From Sarea resinae (lineage: Eukaryota): a stretch of 64,000 nucleotides of DNA. Below are positions 27,483 through 41,180 of this stretch, piece after piece. The position numbers and the translations under genes are program-made. The notes under the pieces are model-generated. The model did not search any database. It was not told the DNA's origin and was given only the letters and a program-made list of their open reading frames with translations. The DNA lies in assembly GCA_026026165.1 (NCBI GenBank), contig JAPEUD010000006.1, positions 496,001-560,000 of the forward strand. The letters are read 5' to 3'. Every line of letters starts with the position of its first letter. Position 1 is the first letter of the stretch.

Positions 27483-30270
27483 CTTACTGGGATCCGATGG
27501 CTCTGATTGAATTGGTAGAATAATGAGCTTCAATCCCAGATTTGTTTTCGATAATAGTGGGCAAACATCTCTACGTAGGATGTGCAACTAGCTGTAGTAT
27601 CGACTAAGGGGAATGGAAGAGATGCACGATGCGAGCAAGCAAGCAAGCAAGCTATGGACCAAGCTCGAGGCTGACAGATTGTCGCAAACGAGTCGGATTC
27701 GTCACATTCATTGACCAAAGACACCAATTGAAACAAGCGGACCAAGATAGGGTCGGTTGGCAGCAAAGGCAAGAGCTCTTATTTATCAGAGAAGGAAGAA
27801 AAGAGGCACCAACCATCGAAAGCGGCCTGGACACTCCTCTTGAGACTCTGCGTGGCCGAGACACTTGCGGCGGCTCTGGCACTGGCGGCAGCAGACGGCG
27901 GGCCGCCGGCTGAGGAAGGCGGATTAGTGTAGCTCATTATTACTCCAAGTCTCCCAAGTCGGTATGATTATGTATCCATAGATGTAATAATGATGATGAT
28001 GATGCATGTAAGGAATGCGGAGGGTTTGAGGGTTAGGATCAATTAGGCATGAGCAGGTAGGATGAGCTGGAGCGGACTGCGATCAGGGACATCCGATATG
28101 CAGGTGATCAATTACCATGATCGTGATCGATCGTTCTCGCCGCGGACCATGGAGATAGGCAAGATACACGAGAGGAGTACGGAGCACGGAGTACGAGCGG
28201 TGGAGTGGAGTCAAGGGCTTTCGAAGACTACTCTACTGTGTACTATGTAGGCGATATATCTTGGGAACCCGGGTCCTGGAACGGATGTGGGATGACAAAA
28301 CGAATGAGCGCCCCAGAGCCCTGAGGTGTGTTGAGATGTGCGTACGGCGTACGGAGTGTACTCCATAGTATTCGTACTCGGTATACTAAGTATTTTGAGG
28401 AACGGTCTGACTCCACAGTGGGGACCGCCACGGAGCGGAGTAGATCGAGGTACGCAGGTAGCCGCAAGGTAGATGATGGCTGTACTCTGTAGCATTCAAT
28501 GATGATTGACCTGCGTTTACAGGAAGGAGCGCAGAAGCCGTCAAAGCGGGACGAAGCTCAGCATCGCGCAATCCGCGTGCGACTTGCTGATCTACATGGG
28601 CGGTACGGAACCTCGAATTCATCGACAAGGCCTCTGCGCATGCATCAATCAATTGATTAGAGGCCATCGGGTGACGAACACGCCGAATCGTCCGGAACGG
28701 TCAATGGAGCTACACTGGTTATCGCTCCATTCAGATGAGTCTTCCGAGGTTCGAGGTTAAGTCCTGCGCTCGCCTCGCCTCGCCTCGTGCTCGGCCTTTC
28801 TGAACTCCATCTCACCTCATCTTCCAACTTCTTATCTTGCGTGTCTGATTTGTGAGGTGATGAGGCTTTCTTTCGCATCCAGCCGGTTTCTTCCACGTGA
28901 GCCAACATTCTTTCGAAAGAATGGAAGCCGAGAATGTGGATTGCCTTCCAGAACGGCTTCCATTGGCACCCCTTGCCGCCAAAAGCCTGCGAGATTACCT
29001 TCTCGGCTCATGCTCTTCATACACTGAGGTTCTATCCCAAGCCCATCACGTCTTTGTTTTTGTTCTATCGTGCCTTTCAAGCTAGATGATGGCTTCTTCT
29101 TGGTGTTATTTGAAGATTTGGTGAAACGCGTCGCCATGATTAATCCTTCTTGTCTTGCTTTACCTTTACAACGTGGACACTGGCATTTGATCAAACAGTA
29201 CTTGTGAAGGCTGGCTTGCCCCCGTCTATTATTTTTTGCCTTGTCAGAGTTCTGCTGCTTTGTATTCGCTTTCCAGAAGACTAGTCCTTGACATAGGTGA
29301 GAAGCAACGGGCTCGCAGCTGCAACAGTTCCTTTTTTTTTTTGGACGGCACTCAGCGAAGCCTCATTGCCAATTTATTTGTGACAACTCACGCGGATACT
29401 GTCTTTTTCTCCAAGGGAGACAAAGGCCTGAAAATGGTGAACTTCTTAGATACTCCATAGCCACCCATGATAATGTATATCTGGGAGTAAGAAAATTGGA
29501 AGTAGGACGAGTTGCGAATCAACGAAGAGTTTCTTCTGCCAAGGCCGTACCAAAGATGCATCTCTACGCCCGAAGCTATGAAGGCCTTCGCTACAAAACC
29601 CTCTAATCCAAAACATCCTTCTGTCAACATCGCCCATCAAGAGCACCTTTCTCGAATCCTATTCAAGGTCGCGTTTTGAGGCCAGGTAAGGAAAGGCGAG
29701 GGGCTCCAACTTTCAGCAGGGGCGGCAGACAAGGGCTCAATAAGCCACGAGATAACTTCCAGGACAGGTACTTGTCAGTAGACTCGTGCCAAATTTGCTG
29801 CCTTCAATACCCCAAATCTACCTTGCACCCAGCTATATTACCTGAGCTGCACGTAGTCGCTATCGTGCTGTGCTGGATTAGACGTAGGTACGAAGTACTT
29901 CGTACCTACCAGGCTAAGGTGCCTTGCTGCGGTATGCCCAGTTATGTTTGCCTCGTCATTGGGCTTGCAACTAGAGCTTCGTGTCGTACCTGCCCAGTAG
30001 TCTCCCGCATCACGGCGATCAGCGATGATTAGAACTCTACGAAGTCTGCTGCAGTCGCTTTTAGCTTCACATCACGAAATCCTTCTCCAGTCAGAATCCG
30101 TATGAGAGATGTAGGGAGAGACCTGATTGTCGTCGTTTCAAAAGCCCGTCTCGACGCAAACGGCTATCTAAACAGCCATTGCATGCGTGCAGTGCTGCTA
30201 AATCGAGGACAATAGAAGAGTTTTGCATAAGAGAAACAAGAGCTTCCATCATAGCATATCCGTTCAAGCG

Positions 30271-31921
30271 ATGGAATCCGTCCAAACTCAAGATCGCGCG
30301 TCTATTCGAGATGTCACCGCCTACCTCGTCTGTCTCCTGTTTGTCTCGGCCATGGGGCCCCTACAATTTGGCTTCCATCTGGTATTGTCATCAGTCTGTA
30401 GCAGCACTTGATAGAATATTCTGACCCGACCTTTGGACAGGCCGAGCTGAACGCGCCACAAGAGATTATCACTTGCGAGAAGAAGTCCATTCGCGAGACG
30501 GGCCAGCCCAAGCTTCCCCAATGTATACCGATGAACGCAACCATGTTTGGGCTGGTGTCCTCTATCTTCACCCTCGGAGGTCTTCTTGGCGCCCTTGCGG
30601 CTGGACCATGTGCGACCAGGTTTGGACGTCTCCCGACGATGCGCGCTACCACCGCTTTCTTTGTTGCTGGCCCTTTATTTGCGGCACTGTCTTCGAATGT
30701 CGGTCTCATGGCTGCTGGCAGATTTCTGGCGGGTCTTGGCGCCGGAGCTGCCGTCGTGGTGGTTCCTATATTCATCTCAGAGGTTGCTCCTCCAAAGGAA
30801 AAGGGTGTCTTTGGTGCGTTGACGCAGGTGATGATTAATGTGGGAATTCTCATTGCCCAACTTCTTGGGTATTTCCTGAGTTACGGACAATATTGGAGAA
30901 TCATACTGGCTGTAGCAGGTGGACTTGGCCTGGTACAGCTTGCAGGCTTGCTCATCGTACCTGAGAGCCCCAAATGGCTGGCAGATCACGGTCGTGCTCA
31001 AAAAGCGAAGAAGAGTCTACGAAAGATCAGAGGGAGAGATATTGATATTGAAGAGGAAGTCAGTGGCTGGGGAGCCGAGAACGCAGAGGAGCGGGATGGT
31101 AAGATCTCACCTCTCCTTAGTATCATAATGACTGATCTAAGTTTACGCTAGAGGAAGAGGAAGCTCTCATCGACAGCCGAACAGATCGCAGTATTTCTTC
31201 GAACAATAATAAGCCTTTCGCACGGCCTCTTGTTGGCATATTTGATGTAGTTCGACACCCGACTTACCACTCTGCAATTATAGCTGTGGTTGGTGTAATG
31301 ATAGCCCAACAGCTTTGTGGTCCGCATCTTTGAGTCATATTGTCCCTGGCATCAGCTGACCCTTGCGTAGGAATCAACAGCATCGTTATGTACAGCGTCT
31401 CACTCCTTTCGGACCTTCTCAAATCCAACGCCGCTCTCCTCACAGTCGTTGTGTCGGCCATAAACTTGGTCGCGACCGTCGCCTGCGCTCCCCTCGTCGA
31501 CATTTTAGGCCGCAAACCCTGTCTGCTTCTTTCGATCGCCGGCATGGGCATCAACGCTCTTCTCATTGCCGTCTCCATCATCCGCGCCATTCCCATTCTC
31601 TCCGCCGTGGCCACCCTCTTTTTTGTTGCCAGCTTCGCCATTGGCCTCGGTCCTGTTCCTTTCATCCTGGCCTCTGAGCTCGTTGGTCCCGAGGCCGTTG
31701 GCGCTACTCAAAGTTGGGCTCTGGCAGCCAATTGGATCGCCACCTTCCTCGTAGCGCAGTTCTTTCCAGTCCTTAATAGTAAATTAGGGAAGGGAAAGAT
31801 TTATTTCTTGTTCGCGGGTCTCGCAGCGTTATTCTTCGCATTTGTTGTGTGGTGGGTCCCGGAAACTAAAGGGAAGAGGGATGTGGATGAGGTTTGGGGG
31901 CGGGAAAGAAGGGATGATTAG
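30271..31921 (+). CDS. MFS sugar-porter family transporter (Vps73-like), 4 exons
   Basis: GPLQFGFHL|AELN, FGRL, GRFLAGLGAG..VPIFISEVAP, PESPKWL, QQLC|GINSIVMYS, LGRKP, GLGPVPF, PETKG sugar-porter motifs. Confidence 0.92.
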
Positions 31922-32126
31922 GACACACTAGTCATTCCTTCATTTTTAGTCTAGTCTTCCGTATATTTCATTGGACTTGTTCAACGGCTTCACACTTCTG
32001 AGGCCCCATGCTCACACAAGAGCCACTGCAAAATCCAATTGCCGGATAATAACAGTGTCAGTGAGCTGTCACGAAATTGAACTTACATCATAGGATCCAA
32101 TAAGGGACCGCAACTGATGTGGCAAG

Positions 32127-32209
32127 GCCTTGATGGCGCAGTGGCTAACGCGTCTCACTCGTATGTTCGAATCATGAGAAGATCCCCGGTTCGATTCCGG
32201 GTCGAGGCA
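32127..32209 (+). tRNA. tRNA-Thr(CGT) with a 10-nt intron (32164-32173)
   Basis: Acceptor stem GCCTTGA/TCGAGGC, A-box TGGCGCAGTGG, anticodon stem TCTCA/TGAGA with loop CT-CGT-A, T-arm CCCGG-TTCGATT-CCGGG, discriminator A. 73 nt after splicing, with TTTT shortly downstream. Confidence 0.93.
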
Positions 32210-35200
32210 TGTTATTTTGGCTCGCTTTTTGATGCTGCACTCAGCCAAACCTTCAACTATATATATTTTGGTATTATTGATTCCTCTTTCAATAATTCCA
32301 CATCAAAGTATTATTGTATTGCGGAGAAGAAGTGAGGCTTTAAAATCTAATTGCTATTTTGAGAGTTGAATCATTCCAGGTCTTCGAATCTCTGCAGTCG
32401 CAAATTCGCGATGTCATTAGTGCGCAGGACAGTCGTAAGCGACTGCTTTGGACAAGCAACAACTTGAAAACCATTTTTCCCGCTTGTTGTCATCCATACG
32501 CAGACATTGGAAATCCTTCTTGCTGCCTGTAATAGAGTAGTGTCTTCGCAGAAGTCACAAACAACCTTGAGAATTGCTCGCAATCCCAGACGCCGGAGCA
32601 ATAACCACAACGGCTCAGGAGGAGTTCGCGTACAGTACGAATGCGATGATGCAAGATATCGATCTCGACTGAGCAATCCATCAGCAAATGTCTTACAATA
32701 AAGTTGACGCGTACATCTGCCCCGCTTTTTTGGTAACAAAGCACATGAAAGAGCGCAGAAGCTTTACTCCGGAGTAGAGTAACTCTACTTCGTACTCATA
32801 CTTTCAGGTGCTGCCGCTGACAGCTCAGATGAGAGTCACGGAAGATACCTTACCTTAGTCTACTCCTTAGACAGACGATGTTTGATGGCCAGTGATGGGC
32901 GCCGATCCCCCTGAGCCTAGTGCACTTCTATTCTTATTTGACGAGACGGCGTGGTGCGTGGGTGCGTGGGTGATGCTGCTTCTAAGGATAGTTGACATCG
33001 GCTCGTCGGGGATTGAGACACGGAGGGGAAGGAAGCTTCAAGGCCTGGTCCTGCTGATTCGTGCCAGATCGGTTCGAATCTGGCGGCTGGGTCTTGGAGT
33101 GTAATAACCAAAGCTACCTAAGCTTCAGCGGGTCGGGCGCAGCAGCCAGCCAAAACAAGAATATCTCCAAATTTCAACTACCTACTCGAGGCGGTGGACG
33201 ACCGGCCCGAGGTGGACTACGTAGCAGACGTCCGAGAAACGACTCAGACGACTCAGACGAGACGGACGTCGAAAGGCCATCTATCCATCCAGCACGCGGA
33301 TGCAACCGCCCGCCGCGGATCCAGGAGCCAGGTCCAAGAGCCAGGTTCAGGACCCGCTGTTTTGGGCAGATCGTAACTTCACTTCCCTACTGAAACTCTC
33401 GGGCGCGAGGGATCCAGACAGCGATCTTGCCTGCTTGGCCTTCTCATCTGGGAATTGGGGTTTGAGATGAAGTCGGTGGGGGCTGGGGTGGGGGTTCCAC
33501 CTGTCGAGACGGTCTTGGGCTGCTGTGGCTGTCTGTCTGGATGTCCTAATCGAGGATTGCCGGCTTAGTCTGCTCGGTCTGGCTTGGTTGGCGATGATCT
33601 CCCGACCGGACAACAGAACGAAACGAAACCAAGCAAGACTGGCTGTAACGCGCGGTGGTCCTGGATCGACGGCTCCTCTGCTTTGTTGCTTTCCTGGAAT
33701 AGAAGCAGGACAGGATTACCTAAGGCAAGCTACGATGTCGTTTGTCGTCTGTTGTCGTTGCTATTGTCGTTGATGGCTTCACGATCACATACGAATCCTC
33801 ATCGCTACGACTACTACTACTACCTGACCGCGCGTACCTGACATTGTATCACCCTGGGGCCTGCTCCCTCTGGCCCAAATCCCACCATTTCAATCACCGC
33901 TGGCTAGGTCAGGGCCAGCGAACGCTTGGCGAGCGCGCACCCCTTCCTTCTAGAAGCGAAAGGAAGACGACGAGCCTGTCAGTCCATGGCGCAAAGAGTG
34001 TGACAAGACAGGATACGGCGCAAGGCGCAAGGCGATAGACGCTCGGCCCCTTTGTGCGAGGTTACGCAAGTCCACGTACGAATACGTTTGGAAAATTCGA
34101 AAACTTTTCCAGCCAAGATGACTGCTCGAAGAGTCACATCAGAAAGGTAATGATAGATGATAGGCATTATTCCCACCCCCTGGCTGTCAAAAAGGTCCGG
34201 ACGCCGGAAAAAACAGTTTATCGCTCGCGACCTCCCCGTCGGTGCCCAGCGTTAAGCAGTCTGAGTCTCTGACAGATGGTGCCGCCGCCGCCCAATTGCC
34301 TTAGTAGGCAGTTTGTTGAATTTTGCGTTCCAAGGGAGTCTGGCCGTTGACGGCTGACGGTTGGGAGGCCAAACAGTGGCGGCACACGATGACGCTACTT
34401 TAGCATGATACTACTAAGTGGTAAGTAAGGTAACCGACCCTTCCTCTCGCCGTCTTCGATGGAACCTAGAGGTCCTGCTGGAAAAAAGCCGCCTGCACGA
34501 GGAAGGTGCGAGCCAACCTGGTAGGCTGCAGGTGCATCTGCTCTGCATTTCTGCTCTGCATCTCACCTGCACCCAGCCAGTGGAGCGGGTCCGTCTATTC
34601 ACGGATTTCGGATAGCTGTCTCGCTGCTTGCCCTCTCTTTGGTTTTTCTGTGCCCTTGATTGGGCCTGATAGGTACTAGGTACTTGAGGGGTGGCTGGAC
34701 CGGGATCTGGATCGGGATCCCTATGGCTGACAGATTTGATGTGGATGAATGAGTACCTACATAGTAACTGGCTGGCTGTCTGCACGTATCACTTCTGCTT
34801 CATGCTGCTCTAGCACCCACGACCTTATCCATTGGGTGAGGCCATTTGACAGCCACCACCTGGCCCAACCTGTAAGAAAGCGGCCGAGGGGACCGAACTG
34901 CCGGGGCCCTGCGGCTACCGGGCAAGGGCAGGCAGCCATCTCCAATCTACAATCTATCTCGGTGCATGGGATGTGGCGATCGCCCAACGACATACTTCTA
35001 CTACATGGTAGGTACGTAGTACGTAGCGAGAGCGACCGCTAAGGGTACCTCCTAGGGCTACTTCGTACGCTCGATGCACTCGATGCACTCGATGCCATGG
35101 AGAGCGCCAAAACACCAGCGATGCGCCTTCCCTTACTTAGTTTGAGCCCGTCGTCGCTGTAATCCCGAACGGTACGGTACGGAGTACGGAGTACTCGAGC

Positions 35201-36813
35201 ACACTACCTCGTCCCTTTGTACTCTGTATTCCGTACATTGCATGTCCCTTTCAACATCCCACGTCGGACGGAGTGGGTCTCAGGAGCTCCCTGTCCCTCC
35301 TGGATGGGATTAGGATTGGGGATTGTGATTTGCATTGGGATTGGAATTGCGATCACAGATGGATGGCAGTCGGCCAGTCACCTACGATGACCTACCTCCC
35401 TAGCTACCTACCTACCGCACCAGTAGACAGAGAAACTCTCCTCTCGAGTAGGGAGGGAGACACCGTACAGACAGTCCGTCTCTTCAAAACGGGCTGCATG
35501 GTCGAGGACTACGTCGTAGTCTCGGGAACTACGATTATAGTACTCCGGACCGTCCATTGCCTTCGGACATGTCGAATTGGATCCTTTCTCTTCTCTGCTC
35601 TTCCCTCGACCGGACATGCATCGGCCTTCCTCCTTGGCCATTGACATGTGCTCGGTGATGATTGCTGATCGATCGGCTGAAGTCCCCCTGGCCGTGCTGG
35701 CTCGCTGACCGACGCAGACCTCACCTGGCCGACTCTTGTACCTCGTCTCCGTAGTGGCAGACGGGATTGATGCTGGTCAGAAGCTATCGTGTTAGTTGCA
35801 GCTCTACCGAAACCCTCGTCCGCCACGACGGCGAAAGCTGTCAATTGCTAGAGTAGTGATCCGTGAGCATCGGACCATGGTGGTCCATGCGAGGGAAAGC
35901 TGAAGAAGCTACCGGGCATGGATCCATGGATCAGGCCGGCATCGAGTAGTTGTGAATGAATACTGAGTAATGATTGAAGCATGATTGATGTTGGATGGTT
36001 GGCTTCAGGCGTCTAGACTGACAATTTGCGACTTGAGGCAGCTATCTGCTATCTACGGAGTATATTCGCCATTCATTGAACCTCGAGGGGGCCATTCATT
36101 CACTCATTCACCCACCGCCACCACCTGTCTTTTATCTCTCTCCTTCCCCTCCTCCTCCTCCTCCTCCTCCTCCTTCTTCTTCTTCCTCCTCATCCGTCTA
36201 TCTCATCTTGACCTTGACCTCCCCTGCACCTTCCCTGTTCTCTCACTACCACGGACCTTGGTGGCCCGCCTTTCCCGAAGCGAATTGACGCCTCGCATAC
36301 AGATTCGTACGTACTTCGTACACGGATTTGAGTCCGGACCGCACGAACGGCGTTAGCATCAACATTCCCGGTCTCGTCAGAAACGTCACCGGTCGAAACA
36401 CTTGCCATTGTCCACTTTCCCCGTGGACTCTTACCGACCTTCTTTCTTCTCCATAGAGTCCCAATTCAGAACTCATTCCATATTAATACATTCTTGCCCT
36501 CTCACCTTCCCAATCCAGCTTCAATTCACTAAGCACTCCATTGTATCATATCGCCCTTCGCCAGACCACCCCGCATTGGCCGTTGATTCCTTCAGCTGAA
36601 CATATTTTGGCCGATTCATGAGCGTTGGCTATTCCCCGGTCATCCCGTCGTTACACCATATTACTCTTCGTACTCGCCGTCGTTGTCCGGAGTGCAGCAT
36701 TCCGACCCCAGCGGACGTCGAAGAAGATATACTTGACACTCCATCTACCGGCGGAGGAGCCTTGGTGTTGATTCATTGGCGTGCCACACCTCTGGTCGAA
36801 GTGATCGTCCACC

Positions 36814-39626
36814 ATGGCGGAGGAGCCCGGGACCAACCAGAACCCTTTTATTGGAGCACATGAGCAAGATGACAGCCCCAAAGACAGTCCCACAGATAGC
36901 CCCAAAGAGGTCAGCGCAGCCTCCAGTGCCGCACCAAGTCGTCCGCCTAGTCAACCACCGAGTAGGCCAGGGAGTGCGGGTGGTGATGAACGCAAACCGC
37001 GAGAGAGACATCGAGTGCGTTTCACCTCTGGAGAGGCACTTAATACCAAGAGACCCCACATGAGCAGAACTCGGAGTGAATCATCTTCTCGCAGTCGAAG
37101 TCCGGCTCTCAAATCGCCTACAATATCCCTGACGAGCCCGACACACTCTCGGGCCAACAGTGCTTCGAGTCTCTTGAGCGAGAGAGCACGTTCTCCCCCA
37201 GACATTGTCGATACGGATATATCAAAGGATATCACCGACCCCCCCACCAGACTGGTCGGACGGCCTCGCCCACCAATGTACAGAGGAAATTCCTACAATT
37301 CTTATAATTCCGACTTCGATAATATCGTGGAGGAGTCGCATGATGAGGAAGCAGATGACGAGAAGGTCTTTTCGGCTCTGTCGGCCCAGGAGCGAGCACA
37401 GAGACTAGCAACACTGGTCGGAAGCCACTCGGCCCCTGGTTCGAGGAGGACATCTCTCGATCTCAGCGGGCAATCGTCGCCGATCCCATCGGGCCCAAAT
37501 GGACTGCCAGTGAGAATCGACGACATCCCTCTTATGAACTTGAACGAAAAGAAAGTAGACGAATACGATAGTGACGATGACCTACCCAAGAAAACTCGGA
37601 AGAGAGCAGACACTGCAGAAGCACATAAGCTCGTTCGAGCTCACACCAGGAAAGAACCTTCGAACGTTCTCAGGACCGAAAGGCCTGCTCCAGGCCTCCG
37701 TTCTGGAGCGTCAACGCCCATAGAAGAGCGTGACCCGGAGAACTACGTGCCTCCACCGCCGCAGTATCGAGGTGGAATCCTATCGTCGTTGTTGAAACTC
37801 TACAATGCGCCTGGACAAGGTATACCAGGTGGCCCCGGACTACCACCTCATCATTATCGGCAGACCAGCATGGAGACTATCAATACCATCACTCCAAGCT
37901 CGAATGGATCTCCTACAGAATCTGGCGCTACTTCTGGCGCAACGACACCGAAGAGGCAAAAATGGTATCACAAGAGCCCAAATCAATCGACTAGCTCGCT
38001 GGCGAACCTCATCGGATCGTCGTCAATGCTCGCCGCTCCGGCTGCAAGTGCTGGGCTTGATGCTGGTTACGCAGATCGGCTTATCAAGAGCAAGGCAAGA
38101 CGGAAGGTCAACGCTGGCGGCATTGGTTCTGCGCTCAACCGAATGAGCAGACCGCGACTAGAAGACGAGATCCGGATTACTGTCCATATTGCCGAGATTC
38201 TGAGTAGGCAAAGGTATTTGATGAAGCTGTGTCGGGCATTGATGAGTTATGGGGCGCCTACACATAGATTAGAAGGTGAGGAATGCTCGCGGTATTCATT
38301 TTCTTTAGCTGGATGCTGACAGCGCATAGAGTACATGAAGATGACTGCCCGGATTTTGGAGATAGAGGGTCAATTTCTGTACATTCCTGGATGCATGATC
38401 ATCTCTTTTGATGATCCGAGTACTCATACGACAGAAGTCAAACTCGTCCGGACCGCTCAGGGCGTTGACCTTGGGAAGCTCCGAGACACACACGAAGTGT
38501 ACAAAGAAGTCGTACATGATGTCATCGGTGTTGAGGAGGCCACGCAGCGGCTGGACGGCATCATGAAGAGGAAACAGAAGAATCCCATCTGGCTCCTAGT
38601 CCTCGTCTACGGTCTTGCCAGTGCATCTGTCGGTCCTTTTGCATTTGGCGCAAGATGGATTGATCTGCCAATTGCGTTCATCCTCGGTTGTTTACTGGGT
38701 GTCTTGCAACTGATCGTCGCTCCTAAATCTGACCTGTACTCAAACGTGTTTGAGATTTCGGCCGCTGTCCTGACCAGCTTCCTTGCTCGTGCTTTTGGCT
38801 CCATCAGAGGGGGGGATCTGTTCTGCTTTTCTGCTCTGGCCCAATCTGCTATTGCTCTGATCCTCCCTGGTTACACTGTGTGTAAGTTGCCATTATACCT
38901 TCCTCTCCGATATCTGCATAGCTAACATCTCGGCTAGTATGTGGCTCTCTCGAACTCCAGTCCCGCAGTATCGTGGCTGGCTCCGTCCGTATGGTCTACG
39001 CAATAATTTATTCCCTCTTCCTGGGCTTCGGGATAACGATCGGAACGGCTATATTTGGTATTCTCGACCCAAAGGCCACCTCCGACACCAAATGCAGGAC
39101 AAAACTTCCTGAATACTACGGCTTCTTCTTTGTCCCCGCCTTTACCATCTGCCTCTGTATCATCAACCAGGCCAAATGGAAACAAATTCCTGTCATGGTT
39201 GTCATCTCATTTGCTGGATACATTGTCAACTTTTTCTCTGCTCGCCGCTTCGCCTCAAATGCCCAGATCGCAAATACCCTTGGCGCCCTCGCCATCGGCG
39301 TTCTCGGAAATCTCTACTCTCGCCTTCAACATGGCGTCGCTGCTGCAGCCCTGATTCCTGCCATTTTCGTGCAGGTCCCATCGGGCCTAGCTGCTACCGG
39401 ATCCCTGGTTTCGGGCGTGACGTCTGCCGATGCCATCACTCGCAATGTCTCGATGGCGAACGCGACGATCGGATCCACCACTTCTTCTTCCGACGTTAAT
39501 AATGTTGTGTTCAATGTAGGGTACTCGATGATTCAGGTCGCCATTGGAATTACGGTGGGCTTATTCCTAAGCGCCTTGGTTGTGTATCCATTGGGAAAGA
39601 GGAGGAGTGGCTTATTTAGTTTCTGA
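36814..39626 (+). CDS. PRM10: Pheromone-regulated membrane protein 10 (ThrE/DUF1212 family), 3 exons
   Basis: Disordered N-terminus, then RITVHIAEILSRQRYLMKLCRALMSYGAPTHRLE|EYM, QGVDLGKL, ILPGYTV|LCGSLELQSRSIVAGSVRM, PAIFVQVPSG, ending KRRSGLFSF*. Confidence 0.92.
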
Positions 39627-41180
39627 AGGCTTCAGTTCGGAGGTGTCTGTGCCGGGAAAATGGTGGAGCGTGGTGTTGCTGTTTGCTCCTGGGCTCATCT
39701 CCAATCTTGTTCTCATTGCTGGTGTCGGTCTCTTTTGTACCTTTGCATCTTCTTGTGGTCGACCCCACTCTCTCGAAAGACAGACAAACAGTCTCGTCTG
39801 AAACCACCAGAACACACAACTACCAGCACATCTCACAAAAAGGGCCTGTCAGGTGCACGCGGCGTACTCTAGAGGGTCTTTTTCTGAATCTCCAATCTTT
39901 TGGTTCTTTTGCCAGTATTGCTTTTCATTTGTTGGGTTTTCTAGGGGGAAGGTGACTGGTGGCATTGGGCGGTTAGATTCGACTCGACAGACAATCTCTC
40001 AGATGATACGGGTAGCATTCACCCGGCTCTACTTTGCTTTGTTTTTGCATCGCACCATCGGAAGGGGAATATGGCGTTCTTTCCCGCAGTCCAACTTTCA
40101 TTTTGCGTTCGTTGGGAGGTGGCACTCTTTTTTCGCGCATCAAGTACATACCTACGCGGCGGCATGGTTCGGTTCAGTGTACTGGAGGAGTTGATTGTTG
40201 GCTTCAACCGCGCATTGGTGATTGATTAATATTACCTTACGGAAGGAATTGCAGATAGGATGGGTCAGGTTAAGATAATCGGCTGGGTGTTGGTGGTGGT
40301 GGTGGTACTGGCAAGGATTGATAAATACAAGCTCTTGTTCCTCATTCCGAATGCTCTCGCCTCTCACCTCTCACCTCGGAGTGCACGTAGGGTCAACATT
40401 TCACATACCTAGGCATAGCGATTTCACGCAAGGCTGAAAGTCACAATTGCCGCCGGCCTACACAATAATACCTGAAGACTGCCTAAATGCATGCGGCACA
40501 TCCCCTGCACATCCATATCGATTGGCAGAGGGTGTGAAATCAATCTTCAAGAATACTGCGTTCGACTGGTAATCGCCATTGACCTTTCCATTTCGAGGAA
40601 TCCATCCGGATTGCTTTCTTGACTTCGCTCTGTTCCGGACGCCTCGACCGAACCTGAAGCCGCCATCGATGTCTAAGCGCCACGGATATCCAAGCTCTCA
40701 GGGCAGAGTTCTCGGAGCAAGGATCCACTGCCCGTGCAAAATGCAACTATTCACAGCTTGCCTTAGGAACCGACAGTCTGGCAATTGGAAGATGCCATCA
40801 GGCTGATGCGGCGGAACACTACCTGCCCAGTCGCTGCACTGCTCGTGCAAGGATTACTAACATCGAGGCGGACAGCCGTCCAGGAGGCGGTGTTCTTGAT
40901 GGGCAAAGATACAATCCTATAGTATGTACTCTTTCCGCATCAATGCAGCTGCAGCTGCATTGATCAGACGGTATTGCTTTGCTGGCCCGTAGAATGGCAC
41001 AGCGTTTGGTGCTTTGTGTGTGGGGGGATGATTGCGTGTCTGCCTGTTGTCCTCAGATCGATTATCTCGCATGTTTCATTCACTATATATGTGAGCCATC
41101 TTCACTAGCATGCTAGAATCAGAAGATTAGAGGGTCCAAAAGCGAGAAAGAACATTGTCATTTTCAGAAAGCATTTCAAC

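Noticed and set aside
27900..30200. Short ORFs in the SSN3/MFS divergent intergenic region
   Set aside because: No motifs, consistent splice structure or codon bias supporting a gene.
33040..33095. GGTTCGAATC resembling a tRNA T-loop
   Set aside because: No acceptor stem, D-arm or anticodon arm could be built; it is only a local hairpin.
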